Of a stretch of 64,000 nucleotides of DNA, positions 7,583 to 17,444 are shown one piece after another (position 1 is the stretch's first letter; the number at the start of each line of letters is the position of its first letter). Both the position numbers and the translations under genes were made by a program. The notes under the pieces are model-generated. The model ran no database searches. It was not told where the DNA came from and saw only the letters and a program-made list of their open reading frames with translations. Source of the DNA: a virus; the IMG/VR virus record IMGVR_UViG_3300010883_000011, positions 1-64,000 of that record; one strand, given 5' to 3'.

Positions 7583-9091
7583 TCATTTGTGCATTCCTCT
7601 GGTCATGCGCCCGAAAGAAGAAGCCGGGTCTTGCGCCCGGTCCAGGTCTTCGGATTCATCGCAAAGGGATTGGACGGCGGATGAGATGGACCCGCCATTG
7701 ACGGTCAAACCGTATACGCGGAGGCCACGTTCCTTGCATTCGTTGAGGTCACGGATGATGTCGGCAGATGCGCTTGCACCGCCATCGGTCACGAAGATGA
7801 GGTCTGCTCGGTCTTCTCGCACACCGGAGTTCAGCGCATAGTCGAAGATGACATTGAAGTCCGTGCCGCCTTCGCAGTTTTGGTTTGCGACAGCAAGCGC
7901 CAGCGGTCCAACACCGCCAAGGTCAGCCCAGACTTCTTCCGGGTCACGCGGCGAAAGCTGCTGTGCCTTGCCACTTGCGGTCAAGCGGTAGACGCTGCGG
8001 ATCCTCGTATCAAAGCCGATGATTGTGACCTCTCGCTTTTGTTGGGCTGCTTGGCCGATGCAGGCGAGGCCGATGGCCCTGGCCCAGAGGTGAGGGTCGC
8101 CGTGCATTGAACCGGACTCGTCAAGCATCACGACTATCGGACCACGTCCCTGCGGTTCGCGTCCCTCCATCGAATACTGGAGTGCGCGGGCCTCGGCGAT
8201 GTTCAAGAGAAGCAGCCATTCCAGATCTTCGTCCATCAGCTTCATTGTCTCGGAGGGGAGGAGCCGGGGGATGTCGTCACCGAATTCGACGCCAACGATC
8301 TCTTCCTTGTTCTGCGTGACAGTGGGCTTTGAGCGGCCAGCGATGCGTTGGATTCTACCTGCTCGCCGGATAGCCTCTTGCATCCTGGGATCGTTCATCA
8401 GGCGTTCTGCAAGGTTCATACGCGCCGGGTCGTGTTGCATGTGTTGTGGCGGGCAGTGTTCGGTTCCGGGTGCCAGACCAGAAAGCGCCTCTTTTCCATC
8501 AGCTACTTCGTCTGCGGCTTTCTGGCAGGCAGACCGCATCGCAGCCTTCATGCCGTCCTGTGCTGACGGTAGACCTTCGGGGCACGGGTCTTCTCCGTTT
8601 TCGCTCCGTTCTTCCTCTTGCCGTGACTTCTCAATAAACTGTTCAAGCTGCTCGGCTGTTCTTTGGATGACGCCAGCAGCAGCCAGAGCGGAGAAGTCCG
8701 GGTCGCCTGCGACTTGTTGACGCAGGCTGTCCCATTCGGGAAGCTCCCCCAGCATGTCCTGCATCCAGGTCATCCACTGTGGAGCGGTGCTGTTTTCGAT
8801 GCGTTCCGGGTTTCCATAGAGGCGTGAAAAGACTTCGCCCCCGAAGACGTTTGCGTCATCGTTGGTGAGGGACGGGAGATCCCTCGGTGCGTCGTCCACC
8901 CCGCCCGCTGCGCCGTCGTTGCGGTATGCGTTCATCAGCGCATCCTCTACCGCAAAATGGGCCATACCAAGTGCGCCTTCCTCGCTCACCCGGCCATCGT
9001 AGAGGCAGCGGTGCCACCGCGAGACATCGAAGGTACCCCGCCGGTTTTCCTCGGTGAAGAAAGCTGCTGATTTCGTTTGGTTGAAAGCCAT
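7583..9091 (-). CDS. VWA-domain protein (ViaA/CoxE-like)
   Basis: MIDAS VMLDESGSM, GGTDF, FVTDG; next to MoxR ATPase. Confidence 0.85.
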   Translation of the reverse strand: MAFNQTKSAAFFTEENRRGTFDVSRWHRCLYDGRVSEEGALGMAHFAVEDALMNAYRNDGAAGGVDDAPRDLPSLTNDDANVFGGEVFSRLYGNPERIENSTAPQWMTWMQDMLGELPEWDSLRQQVAGDPDFSALAAAGVIQRTAEQLEQFIEKSRQEEERSENGEDPCPEGLPSAQDGMKAAMRSACQKAADEVADGKEALSGLAPGTEHCPPQHMQHDPARMNLAERLMNDPRMQEAIRRAGRIQRIAGRSKPTVTQNKEEIVGVEFGDDIPRLLPSETMKLMDEDLEWLLLLNIAEARALQYSMEGREPQGRGPIVVMLDESGSMHGDPHLWARAIGLACIGQAAQQKREVTIIGFDTRIRSVYRLTASGKAQQLSPRDPEEVWADLGGVGPLALAVANQNCEGGTDFNVIFDYALNSGVREDRADLIFVTDGGASASADIIRDLNECKERGLRVYGLTVNGGSISSAVQSLCDESEDLDRAQDPASSFGRMTRGMHK

Positions 9092-9115
9092 GATGTTTTC
9101 CCTGTTGATGTCTAT

Positions 9116-9144
9116 ATTGTAACCGGGGTCCGGTTACTTGTCAA
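9116..9144 (-). promoter_or_regulatory. Sigma-70 promoter with perfect palindromic operator
   Basis: TTGACA-17-TACAAT; GTAACCGG-GGT-CCGGTTAC (9119-9137). Confidence 0.8.
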
Positions 9145-9230
9145 TGCCTTTGTGGGGATTTATTTCTTTTATTTGGAGGGTAGGTTCTGGCCAGACCCCA
9201 ACAGACTGACCAGAACCGTGACACCGTCCA

Positions 9231-9246
9231 CCCCGCCGGAGCGGGG
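9231..9246 (-). terminator. GC hairpin after AAA+ gene
   Basis: CCCCGC-UCCG-GCGGGG (UNCG tetraloop) next to the stop; no U-tract on minus strand. Confidence 0.5.
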
Positions 9247-9248
9247 GT

Positions 9249-10460
9249 TTAGATGCCCAACGCCTCCCTAGCGATACGCGCCACCTTCAGTTGCATCGCA
9301 GCGATCTTGTCCGACAATCCCTCAACCTGTCCCGATTGGCCGAGCTTCTGAAGTTCCTTGACGATCTTCTTCAACTCGGAGTTGATTGCGCCAAGCGCCC
9401 CGGAATCGCCAATCGCCGATGCCTGCTCCACGTTGCGGCGAATCATATCACCCGTTCTCGGATCGAGGACTTCGATGCCGTTTGCGTAGATTTCCACCGC
9501 CGCGTCATGCAGCTTCATAGCTGCTTCAAGGTCTGGACTCACCAGCTTGGCGACACAGTTGAGAACCTTCGGATGGTCGACTTCTGGGTCCGCGACGATG
9601 ATATCTGCCAGCAGCAGGAGATCGGTCGGCTCGCAGACCATGCGACCCTGAACAACGGCATAGGCGCAAAGGGCGTCGATGATGTTGACCAGGGAGCGGT
9701 CACTGACTTCGATTGCGTGCTGCCGCCCGAGTTCTTCCAATACGTCGCACAGTAGTTCCTCAATGGGAGAATAGTCGACGTTCTCGGCGGCGTTCCGCAG
9801 GCATTCCAGGCCCGCCGGTGACAGGGTATTGTGAACCTCGATTGTCTCGCCCTTCCGCTTCATCGCCATAAGACGCAACCGATCTGCCCGGTCCTGCAAG
9901 GGTGTCACCCAGCGCCGAAAGAGGAACCTGTCCCAAAGAGCGTGCAGATCGTCCGACTGCGGCAATTCGTTGGAACATGCCATCACCATTTGGAGGGGGA
10001 TGTCGATGCGCCCGCAGGTGCCGTTGTCGTATTGCTTTTCATTGATGGCAGTGAGGATGCTGTTGTTTGCACCGGACGAGCCCTTCCAGATTTCGTCCAG
10101 CAGCGCCACCTGACACTGGCCGAGACGGTTGGTCAGAATCCGCTTGTATTGCCCCTTCTTCAAGAGAGGGAGATCGTAGGGTCCGAAAAGTTCTTCTTGC
10201 GTGGTGTCCTTGCGGATCAGATAGGTGAAGAAGTCCATTCCGAGCGCCTTTCCAAAAGCACTTGTGAGGGCTGTCTTCGCCACGCCGGGAGGTCCACCGA
10301 AGAAGACGTTTTTGCGGGCGATAATAGCGACGAAAAGAATCAGGATTTCCTGGTTCCGTTGAATGAACCGGCTATCCATTTCTCTCATCAGCGAATCCAT
10401 CTCGCCGTGGGCTGCTTCAAACTCTTTGGTGTCTATTGCCTGGAGGGTCTTGGTGGCCAT
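9249..10460 (-). CDS. MoxR/RavA-type AAA+ ATPase
   Basis: Walker A GPPGVAKT, Walker B LLDEIWK, SNELP, ALWDRF. Confidence 0.9.
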   Translation of the reverse strand: MATKTLQAIDTKEFEAAHGEMDSLMREMDSRFIQRNQEILILFVAIIARKNVFFGGPPGVAKTALTSAFGKALGMDFFTYLIRKDTTQEELFGPYDLPLLKKGQYKRILTNRLGQCQVALLDEIWKGSSGANNSILTAINEKQYDNGTCGRIDIPLQMVMACSNELPQSDDLHALWDRFLFRRWVTPLQDRADRLRLMAMKRKGETIEVHNTLSPAGLECLRNAAENVDYSPIEELLCDVLEELGRQHAIEVSDRSLVNIIDALCAYAVVQGRMVCEPTDLLLLADIIVADPEVDHPKVLNCVAKLVSPDLEAAMKLHDAAVEIYANGIEVLDPRTGDMIRRNVEQASAIGDSGALGAINSELKKIVKELQKLGQSGQVEGLSDKIAAMQLKVARIAREALGI

Positions 10461-10513
10461 TGTCGGCCTCCTTGGTGTTGGGGTTGTTGGTGTTGTTCCT
10501 TGTTGGTATATAC

Positions 10514-10542
10514 ATAGTAACCGGAGCAGGGTTACAGGTCAA
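10514..10542 (-). promoter_or_regulatory. Sigma-70 promoter with palindromic operator
   Basis: TTGACC-17-TACTAT; GTAACC-N7-GGTTAC (10517-10535). Confidence 0.75.
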
Positions 10543-10592
10543 CAGAAAAGTCAGAAAAGATTGATCTTTTTTCGACCCCTTTTTAGCAGCTA

Positions 10593-10620
10593 CGACCCGG
10601 TGACAATCGCCACCGGGTCG
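10593..10620. terminator. Intergenic hairpin
   Basis: Perfect 10-bp inverted repeat CGACCCGGTG/CACCGGGTCG. Confidence 0.55.
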
Positions 10621-10646
10621 CGTCTGCGGGGTGGACCGTAGAGCGG

Positions 10647-11201
10647 TCATTCGTCAATCGAGCCAGAAAGTGGTTCTCGGAGTGGAGCGGTACAATCGTG
10701 GAACCGACCCACAGACTCCGTTGAATCAAATTCAATGACAGCACCAAGCGTGCCATCTTCATTGATCTGACGTTTCCAAAGTCGGCTGGTAGTCGCGCCG
10801 TTGAGACTGGCGAGGACGATTTCCTCCCGTCCTGGGTAGTCCTCAAGACTGCCGCCAGAAGCGATGAACGCAGCAGCCTTCGATGCTTCGCTGGATGGGG
10901 CGTCTTCGTTGACGGTGTACGCTTCACAGATCTGGATGACGAAATCCGGTTCCAGAACTTCCAGTGCGGTTTTTACCAGGAAGGCTTGAACGTCCTTGCT
11001 CACGTCATTCCAATCTTCGAATGGGGGAGGCGGCGGAATCAGTTGAATTTGGCGTTGTCCATCCAATGGGTCGCGGCGTAAAGCAATCCAAGTCACGGGG
11101 ACTTGCAGCCCGTCCTTGGCTCGCTCCTCGCAGACGAAGTCAAAAAGATTCCGTATTGCTTCAGAGGCTTCTTCTTCTGTCATTACATTGTGGGCTGTCA
11201 T
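10647..11201 (-). CDS. Hypothetical protein
   Basis: 184 aa ORF with CA-rich leader. Confidence 0.65.
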   Translation of the reverse strand: MTAHNVMTEEEASEAIRNLFDFVCEERAKDGLQVPVTWIALRRDPLDGQRQIQLIPPPPPFEDWNDVSKDVQAFLVKTALEVLEPDFVIQICEAYTVNEDAPSSEASKAAAFIASGGSLEDYPGREEIVLASLNGATTSRLWKRQINEDGTLGAVIEFDSTESVGRFHDCTAPLREPLSGSIDE

Positions 11202-11231
11202 GGTGTTGCTGTTCCCTGCTGGTGGTGGAAT

Positions 11232-11262
11232 GCCCCCGCCTGACAGAATGCCCGGCGGGGGC
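11232..11262. terminator. Intergenic hairpin
   Basis: 9-bp inverted repeat GCCCCCGCC/GGCGGGGGC. Confidence 0.5.
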
Positions 11263-11279
11263 TGGTGGTGTTGTGGTTT

Positions 11280-12569
11280 CTATGCTGCCAGGATTGCTTC
11301 AATCATGGCGTCCCGAGTCAACGCACCCGGCTCTTCGCCCAGGACCGTCGAGTACGCGGTCTTGAGGTCATCGTCTGACTTGTTGTTCAGCTTGGTAGCC
11401 GGTCCTTCCTGCTCGGCTTCTGGGGTGACCGTGGCGGCAACGTCTACTGCCTGCACGGTGGCGGGCGTGTCGGCGAGCGGCCTGATGACCAGGAAGCCCT
11501 TGGTCAAGGTACCCCGGAACCCCAAAGACCCGAGAGCCTTGCCACCCGAGTTTGTGCGGCTGTAGTAGGTAGCGTGCGTGAACGCAGACTTGGACAGACC
11601 GGACTCCTCAAGGTCAGCCGCCGGAACACGACGGACGCCATCAACGATGGGATACGTCTCTTCGTCCTCGGTGAACGAGGAATAGATCCGCACCAACCGT
11701 GGGCTGGGCTTCCATTCATCGTCTGTACCGAGAAGCAGACGTGCCTCGGCAGAAGCGGTGTCGATTTGATCTGTCAGGTCTTGCAATCCGATTTCAAGAG
11801 CGTCCTGGTACAGTTCAGCAGCTACCTTCAACTCCTGAAAATCGGACAGTACGCCTGAAACCGCGTCGGACCGTGGACGGTTGTTGCGTGCGTCTGCCGT
11901 CCATTCGGCCATCTGCGCCAGCAAAGCACTCAGTCCAGATTCGACTTGTCCACGAGCAATCCCCTGTGCGTCTTGGATTGTCTCGGCATCGTTGGCGTCG
12001 ACTTTCAGGGACCGGAGACTGCATCCACCGATTTGTGACAACACCCTCTTGAGAGCGGCTGTCGTGTCTTCGTGTCCAGGCAGAATGAAGTAGACGCCGG
12101 ACTTCAGGGTCATCTGCCCTGGGATGTTGTCAAAGGTCTTCTGGAGAATGTGCGGTCGGAGGAAATTGTGATCGAGAAAGTTGCGTTCCAGATCTGCCCG
12201 ATCCACGAAGCGGGAGGCGGCATCGCTGGTGCCAGTTGACACCCAAGATTCCGCGCCCTTGTCGAAGGTGACCAGATCAACTTGATCCGCGCCACTTTCC
12301 TTGAAGCCACGCTTCACCTTCTTCAAAATTCCAACGTCGATGCTTGCGTCATCTTCGTGAACCTTGTCACTGTAGAAGGCATCGGCCTTTCCACGACCGT
12401 GCGTAAAATTGGATGCTACTCGCTTGACGGCAGATGCGTGATTGATGTCGGGCACCTTGAATGACAGGCCCTCGCCTGCGAGCAATGAACGCAACTTGGT
12501 TGGCGTCACGCGACTGTCCTCAAGATTCCAATAGATCAAGTATCCGATATTTTTGATTGCCTTTGCCAT
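11280..12569 (-). CDS. DUF6744/DUF3150-like protein associated with AAA+/VWA pairs
   Basis: GYLIYWNL N-terminus, SGVYFI motif, helical core, short HeH-like C-terminus; context. Confidence 0.5.
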   Translation of the reverse strand: MAKAIKNIGYLIYWNLEDSRVTPTKLRSLLAGEGLSFKVPDINHASAVKRVASNFTHGRGKADAFYSDKVHEDDASIDVGILKKVKRGFKESGADQVDLVTFDKGAESWVSTGTSDAASRFVDRADLERNFLDHNFLRPHILQKTFDNIPGQMTLKSGVYFILPGHEDTTAALKRVLSQIGGCSLRSLKVDANDAETIQDAQGIARGQVESGLSALLAQMAEWTADARNNRPRSDAVSGVLSDFQELKVAAELYQDALEIGLQDLTDQIDTASAEARLLLGTDDEWKPSPRLVRIYSSFTEDEETYPIVDGVRRVPAADLEESGLSKSAFTHATYYSRTNSGGKALGSLGFRGTLTKGFLVIRPLADTPATVQAVDVAATVTPEAEQEGPATKLNNKSDDDLKTAYSTVLGEEPGALTRDAMIEAILAA

Positions 12570-12628
12570 GATGGGCTCCTGTTGATTGGGTTGGTGTTGG
12601 GTCTTCGTTGTCCCGAATCCCTACTATA

Positions 12629-12657
12629 CTTATACCCCGGAACGGTTAGATTGACAA
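12629..12657 (-). promoter_or_regulatory. Sigma-70 promoter heading the early block
   Basis: TTGTCA-17-TATAAG; TATACC-N7-GGTTAG (12631-12649); overlapping + strand TTGACA at 12651. Confidence 0.65.
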
Positions 12658-12872
12658 GGGAAAAGGGGGAAAATATGTAGAAAAAGTCCTGTTTTTAGGT
12701 ATTTGCAAGGATTCAAGGTATTTAGCCAATAACTTTTTGTTGGTTATCGCACCACCCTGGCTGCTGATAACTGTCGAGAAAACACGAGGTGGACGAAAGT
12801 ACGGGCATACGCGATCCTCGCTTTTCGGTTAGGATGGCAAACGCGCCATGATAGGGTTTGGTCGGAGGCAAA

Positions 12873-15425
12873 ATGAAGCTGCTAAAGTTTGGGACACCCC
12901 ATGTCCGGGTGAACGAAAACCCAGAAGCTGGCGGGTGGCTTGGGCAGGCGGGCCAGGAAACCAGAAAGCGCAAAGGCCTTTTCGCGGGAAATTTTGTCCC
13001 CGTTTTCCACGGTCCCGATCAGCCACGTTCTTATGCGCTGGCCGACAGATTTCTGACAAACACGGAACTCTGGCAGGTTTATCGTAGAACCCCAGAAGTC
13101 AGATCAGCCGTAGATTCAATCGTGCGGCGTGTAGCAACCTGGGACTGGATTGTAGAGCCCTCTATTGAGCCATCCCACGACGGCTTTCAATACGCGTCAG
13201 ATAAAGCCGCAGAGATTCAACGGTGGCTCTCATATCCAAATTCTGACGGCGATACATGGCAAGAGTTGATGACAACTGTTCTCACGGATCTTCTGGTTTA
13301 TGACCAGGGTGCGGTGGAGGTGGTCAGAAACGGAAGCGGTGAGTTGACCGAATTGGTAGCTCTCAAGGGTTCTACCATTCAACCCATCATCGATGACTAT
13401 GGGCGTCTGTACGAATATCGACAAGACCTCTACTCGGATGATGGCATTGTCGCCGGTGCTGGTGACATGCCCGCGTTCAGCACGGAGGACATCTTGTTTC
13501 TCCGCATGTATCCGACGACTCAAACCCCATGTGGGAACCCGCTGATTGAATCGTTGGTCAACGAGGTGATCACCATGCTTCGCGCTGGCGAACACCTCAT
13601 GCTGACAATGGACGCCGACGAGATCCCGCCGGGGCTTCTCGTCCTCACCGGAATCGCAGGTAACGCCGCGAAAGCAGCGATGGCTGATCTTGAAAACATG
13701 CGGGGGCAGGACCACAAAATCCGAGTTCTAACTACGCCCGATCCTGCGGGCGTTGGTGCAAGCTGGGTAGAGTTACGGCATACCCCGAAAGACCTTGAGC
13801 TACGCGAAACGCTTGAAGATGTACGTCGAGCCATCTGGCGAGCGTTCGGCGTGATGCCTGTCGAAATGGGAATGAGCGATGGAATGCCAAGGGCAACGGC
13901 GCAAGTTCAAATGGACGTTGCCGCTTCCCACCTCATCACGCCCATGCTGGAGCTTCTGCAAGCCAAGATCAATGCGAGGATCATTCCTCTACTTTGCGAC
14001 AATCCAGAACTTATCCACTTCAAGTTTGACAGAGAAGCGCGGCTAACATCCGACGACACCAAGAAGCGTGCAGATACTCATCGCGTGTATGTGATGATGG
14101 GAATGATGACCCGCAACGAGGTGCGGAAGGAGCTTGGATACCTTCCGATTGAGGGCGGAGACGTACCCACCGTCGACACGCCCAACGGACCGGTCCCATT
14201 CGAATTCTTCATGGGCGACGCTCGTGTCGAAGAACCACCGATCCCCGATGCTCCTGAACCTCCTGGCGTAGCCGAAATGGACGAGGACAAGGATGCGCCA
14301 CCGCTTACTGATACGCTTGGCGCAGACGATGGGCTGATGCCCGGCGAGGAAGTGCCCGTCGTTGAATCGATACACCTACAGATGAGCGAGCGTGTTCTGT
14401 TGAAGCTGGATTCGATACAGCGAACCAGGGCAGATTTTGCGCTCTCGGTGATGGAGGATCTGCCCAAGCATTGGGTTAGCGCCAAGTCGCTTCGTGGCAA
14501 ACGGACGTTGGATCTCAAAGAGTTAGGCGATGTGATGGTGCGCTACTACAAAGACATCGCCCCCCTGTACGACCAGACCACAAGCGATGTCTTGGCAATC
14601 GTGGCGGCACGAGGCAAGAAAGACGGCTCCTTTGATATGGCCCATTCAGAGGGTGCGCTTATCGCCATCCAGAATCGTCTTGAAAAAATGGCGATTGATT
14701 GGGACTTGAGAACAGCGAATCTTTATCGCAAGGCCGCTGAAATCGGTGTAGCAGCCGCCGAGACATACACGGGACAACAATCGCTTCGCACAGGTAAAGA
14801 GTGGGGCGAAAACTATCAACAAGAAGCGATGGATTGGCTGATCGGAGAACGTGGACCTATTCAGGCGATTATGACGAGGATCAATAACGCCCTGACCGGC
14901 ACGTCTGACCGCTCTCTTCCCGAACATGATGAATGCGATCACCACCAACGCGCCGAAGATCCGCAATTCGGGGACATCGTCGATGAGGTGCTAACCGACA
15001 GCCCTGCTGTTGCTGCGGGCGTGGTCACAACTGAACAAGCCATGTTGCTGACTGGTGCCGCATTTGTAGCGAATCGTCACCGCATCGGTAACTGGCAAGG
15101 CAAATTGGTGTATCTCGCAAACGAGGCGCTTCGACAAGAAATGATCTCGGCTGGCACTTCCCCAGAAGAAGGCGAAACGCGGTGGTTTGTTGAGTGGGTG
15201 TCGGAAATGGATAAACGAACATGCGCCATTTGCGCCGCAGAGGGCGACAAAGACATTCGCCCACTTGAAAGTCTTACCGTCGAGCCCGGTGGCGACACTG
15301 ACTGTGGAGCCATGTGTCGTTGCGTGCTGGTCATGTGGACCGAAGAAGAAGTGAGAAGGGGTCGTGCCGAGAGGATCGGTCCGTTGTCTGACGAGGCAGA
15401 AGTACCGGGTGGAGATGACGACTAA
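12873..15425 (+). CDS. Portal protein fused to Mu gpF-like head morphogenesis domain
   Basis: Portal motifs (AFGVMP.EMG, TRNEVRKELGY.PI.GGD); C-terminal D.RTC.IC...CGAMCRC; GGAGG RBS. Confidence 0.85.
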   Translation: MKLLKFGTPHVRVNENPEAGGWLGQAGQETRKRKGLFAGNFVPVFHGPDQPRSYALADRFLTNTELWQVYRRTPEVRSAVDSIVRRVATWDWIVEPSIEPSHDGFQYASDKAAEIQRWLSYPNSDGDTWQELMTTVLTDLLVYDQGAVEVVRNGSGELTELVALKGSTIQPIIDDYGRLYEYRQDLYSDDGIVAGAGDMPAFSTEDILFLRMYPTTQTPCGNPLIESLVNEVITMLRAGEHLMLTMDADEIPPGLLVLTGIAGNAAKAAMADLENMRGQDHKIRVLTTPDPAGVGASWVELRHTPKDLELRETLEDVRRAIWRAFGVMPVEMGMSDGMPRATAQVQMDVAASHLITPMLELLQAKINARIIPLLCDNPELIHFKFDREARLTSDDTKKRADTHRVYVMMGMMTRNEVRKELGYLPIEGGDVPTVDTPNGPVPFEFFMGDARVEEPPIPDAPEPPGVAEMDEDKDAPPLTDTLGADDGLMPGEEVPVVESIHLQMSERVLLKLDSIQRTRADFALSVMEDLPKHWVSAKSLRGKRTLDLKELGDVMVRYYKDIAPLYDQTTSDVLAIVAARGKKDGSFDMAHSEGALIAIQNRLEKMAIDWDLRTANLYRKAAEIGVAAAETYTGQQSLRTGKEWGENYQQEAMDWLIGERGPIQAIMTRINNALTGTSDRSLPEHDECDHHQRAEDPQFGDIVDEVLTDSPAVAAGVVTTEQAMLLTGAAFVANRHRIGNWQGKLVYLANEALRQEMISAGTSPEEGETRWFVEWVSEMDKRTCAICAAEGDKDIRPLESLTVEPGGDTDCGAMCRCVLVMWTEEEVRRGRAERIGPLSDEAEVPGGDDD

Positions 15426-15518
15426 CCTTGACGGGGAACTATCCGACGAGCTACTCTACCGCAGACGCCCAACGAGGCGCGTGCGGTCCCGATTCAGATA
15501 AAAGTGGAGGACTCCACG

Positions 15519-17432
15519 ATGTCACAAGAAGGCGCTTTGAGCCCAGAGAACGCAGAATCTGTTACGCCCCTCCCAGGTGGTGGGTCCGAATATACGATCC
15601 GGTGCAGGGAATCTTTCTCCGTACCGATGGATCTGCAAGTACGCGCTCAGATAGTAGTAGCGAACGGCGAACCGGACCAGAAACTCGATCCTGACACCAG
15701 AGCAGAGGCTGCTGGTGGTGGCAACATGATCGAGGGGATCGCGTCAAGTACCAGCATAGACTTCTACGGAACCGAAATGTCCTTGATGGGGCTTCGGAGT
15801 ATGGCCGACCAGATGCAACGAGGCATCCCGGTTATCCCGCGCCACCAAAGCCTCACCGGAAGCGGAATGGCTGAATGGGACGAGGTTATCGGTCGCACTG
15901 TGCAGGCAGAGGTCACGTCAGCAGACGTAATGAACGGCGCTACGTTGGCAGAGCCCGGCTACATCTTGCGTTCCACTACGATGCTCTATTCAGATTCATC
16001 GTTAGCGAATCAGCTTGTAACGCGCCTTGACCGTGGTGAACCTATCGGTCAAAGCATCGGTGGTTGGTTCTTGAGCGTGCGAGTGCAAACGAACGACGAC
16101 GGCGAAGTAGACCGTGTGATTGTTGATCAGGTTGAGCTTGATCACCTTGCGATCACACGAGCCCCCGCCAACCCGGACAGCAACAGTCTTGTCACCATGC
16201 GTTCACGCGCCGAGGCGTTCGCTAAAGACTTACTCCCCGACTTGGAAACGAGGGGACCGGGAGGTAGTAGCGACCTGCCGCTTGCCCCCGAGACAATGCC
16301 CTGGTCTTTCGACGCCAAAGAACAAGACGAGGTGCTTGGCGACCCGCCGGACTGGAAACGCTACCGAAGCGTTCACGCTTGGTATGACTACGACAAACCA
16401 GAAGTGAAGGGCTCCTATAAGTTGCCCTATGCGAAGGTGGTGGACGGAAAGATTCAAGCCGTGTGGCGCGGCGTTGCCGCAGCTATGGGCGCTCTGTTGG
16501 GGGCTCGCGGTGGCGTAGACATCCCCGATGAAGATCGTGAGGGTGTATACAAGTTGCTCTCAAACTATTACAAACGCTTTGACAAACCTGTGCCGGATTT
16601 CAAGTCCTACGACGGCAAAGAGTACGGTGCTGGCGACGATGATAAGAAGTATTCAGTGGACGAAAATCAGGAATACGCATCAGATCCCTCGATGAATGAT
16701 TCCGCTTGTGATACAACAGAAACAGAGGTTTCCATGGAACTTGAAGAACGAACCCCGGAACAGGTCACTGATTCCCAAGATGGCGTTACTGAAGCCCTTG
16801 ACACGGCGAAAGAAACAGCGCAGGATTCCGACTCAATCGAAACACTTTCAAACCCAATCCCGGAAGACGCTCAAAGAAGCGCAGAACCGGCTTCACCCCC
16901 CCCGACCCTTGAGGACGAATCCATGACTGAATCAGATCTTTTGAAGATCGACGAAATGATCAGCAGGGCCGTCAGCGGTCTTGCGGAACGGTTCCAGGCT
17001 TCTGAAGCCAGCACGGGGGATTCCCCAAGCGTAGCCGAGCCCGCAGAGCCGTCTGTCGATACTGTTGACGATGAAACAACCGCACGTTTGCGAACGGAAA
17101 TCGAGGCACTGCGTGCCAAGGTTGCCGAAGCAGACGAGTCGCTCGCTCGCGTAGCCGACTACGGACTGCGCCACGGACGCCGCTCGGCGACCGAGGCCCC
17201 ACAGTCTGGACCCGGCGCAGGTGGCGTTTGGGATCTGATGGTGTCGCGCACAAGGGACAATAACGCCCAGAGCGTTCTTGCTACCTTCGTTGACAGCAAC
17301 AAAGAGCCGCTTGCCGAAGAAGTCGAAACCAATACTCAAAACCGTCGTCAGTTGGTGTCTACGCTGGAGGCTGGTCTTCGGGCCGCCGCAGCCGATGGCC
17401 TCATTGGCAATCACACCGTCGAATGGCGATAG
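15519..17432 (+). CDS. Prohead protease with scaffold region
   Basis: IEGIASSTSID, H, SIGG, PANP HK97-type protease motifs; acidic/coiled C-terminus. Confidence 0.8.
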   Translation: MSQEGALSPENAESVTPLPGGGSEYTIRCRESFSVPMDLQVRAQIVVANGEPDQKLDPDTRAEAAGGGNMIEGIASSTSIDFYGTEMSLMGLRSMADQMQRGIPVIPRHQSLTGSGMAEWDEVIGRTVQAEVTSADVMNGATLAEPGYILRSTTMLYSDSSLANQLVTRLDRGEPIGQSIGGWFLSVRVQTNDDGEVDRVIVDQVELDHLAITRAPANPDSNSLVTMRSRAEAFAKDLLPDLETRGPGGSSDLPLAPETMPWSFDAKEQDEVLGDPPDWKRYRSVHAWYDYDKPEVKGSYKLPYAKVVDGKIQAVWRGVAAAMGALLGARGGVDIPDEDREGVYKLLSNYYKRFDKPVPDFKSYDGKEYGAGDDDKKYSVDENQEYASDPSMNDSACDTTETEVSMELEERTPEQVTDSQDGVTEALDTAKETAQDSDSIETLSNPIPEDAQRSAEPASPPPTLEDESMTESDLLKIDEMISRAVSGLAERFQASEASTGDSPSVAEPAEPSVDTVDDETTARLRTEIEALRAKVAEADESLARVADYGLRHGRRSATEAPQSGPGAGGVWDLMVSRTRDNNAQSVLATFVDSNKEPLAEEVETNTQNRRQLVSTLEAGLRAAAADGLIGNHTVEWR

Positions 17433-17444
17433 AGGGTTCTCATC

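Noticed and set aside
12660-12730. AT-rich stretch as origin or packaging site
   Set aside because: No iterons or other support; explained as a divergent promoter region.
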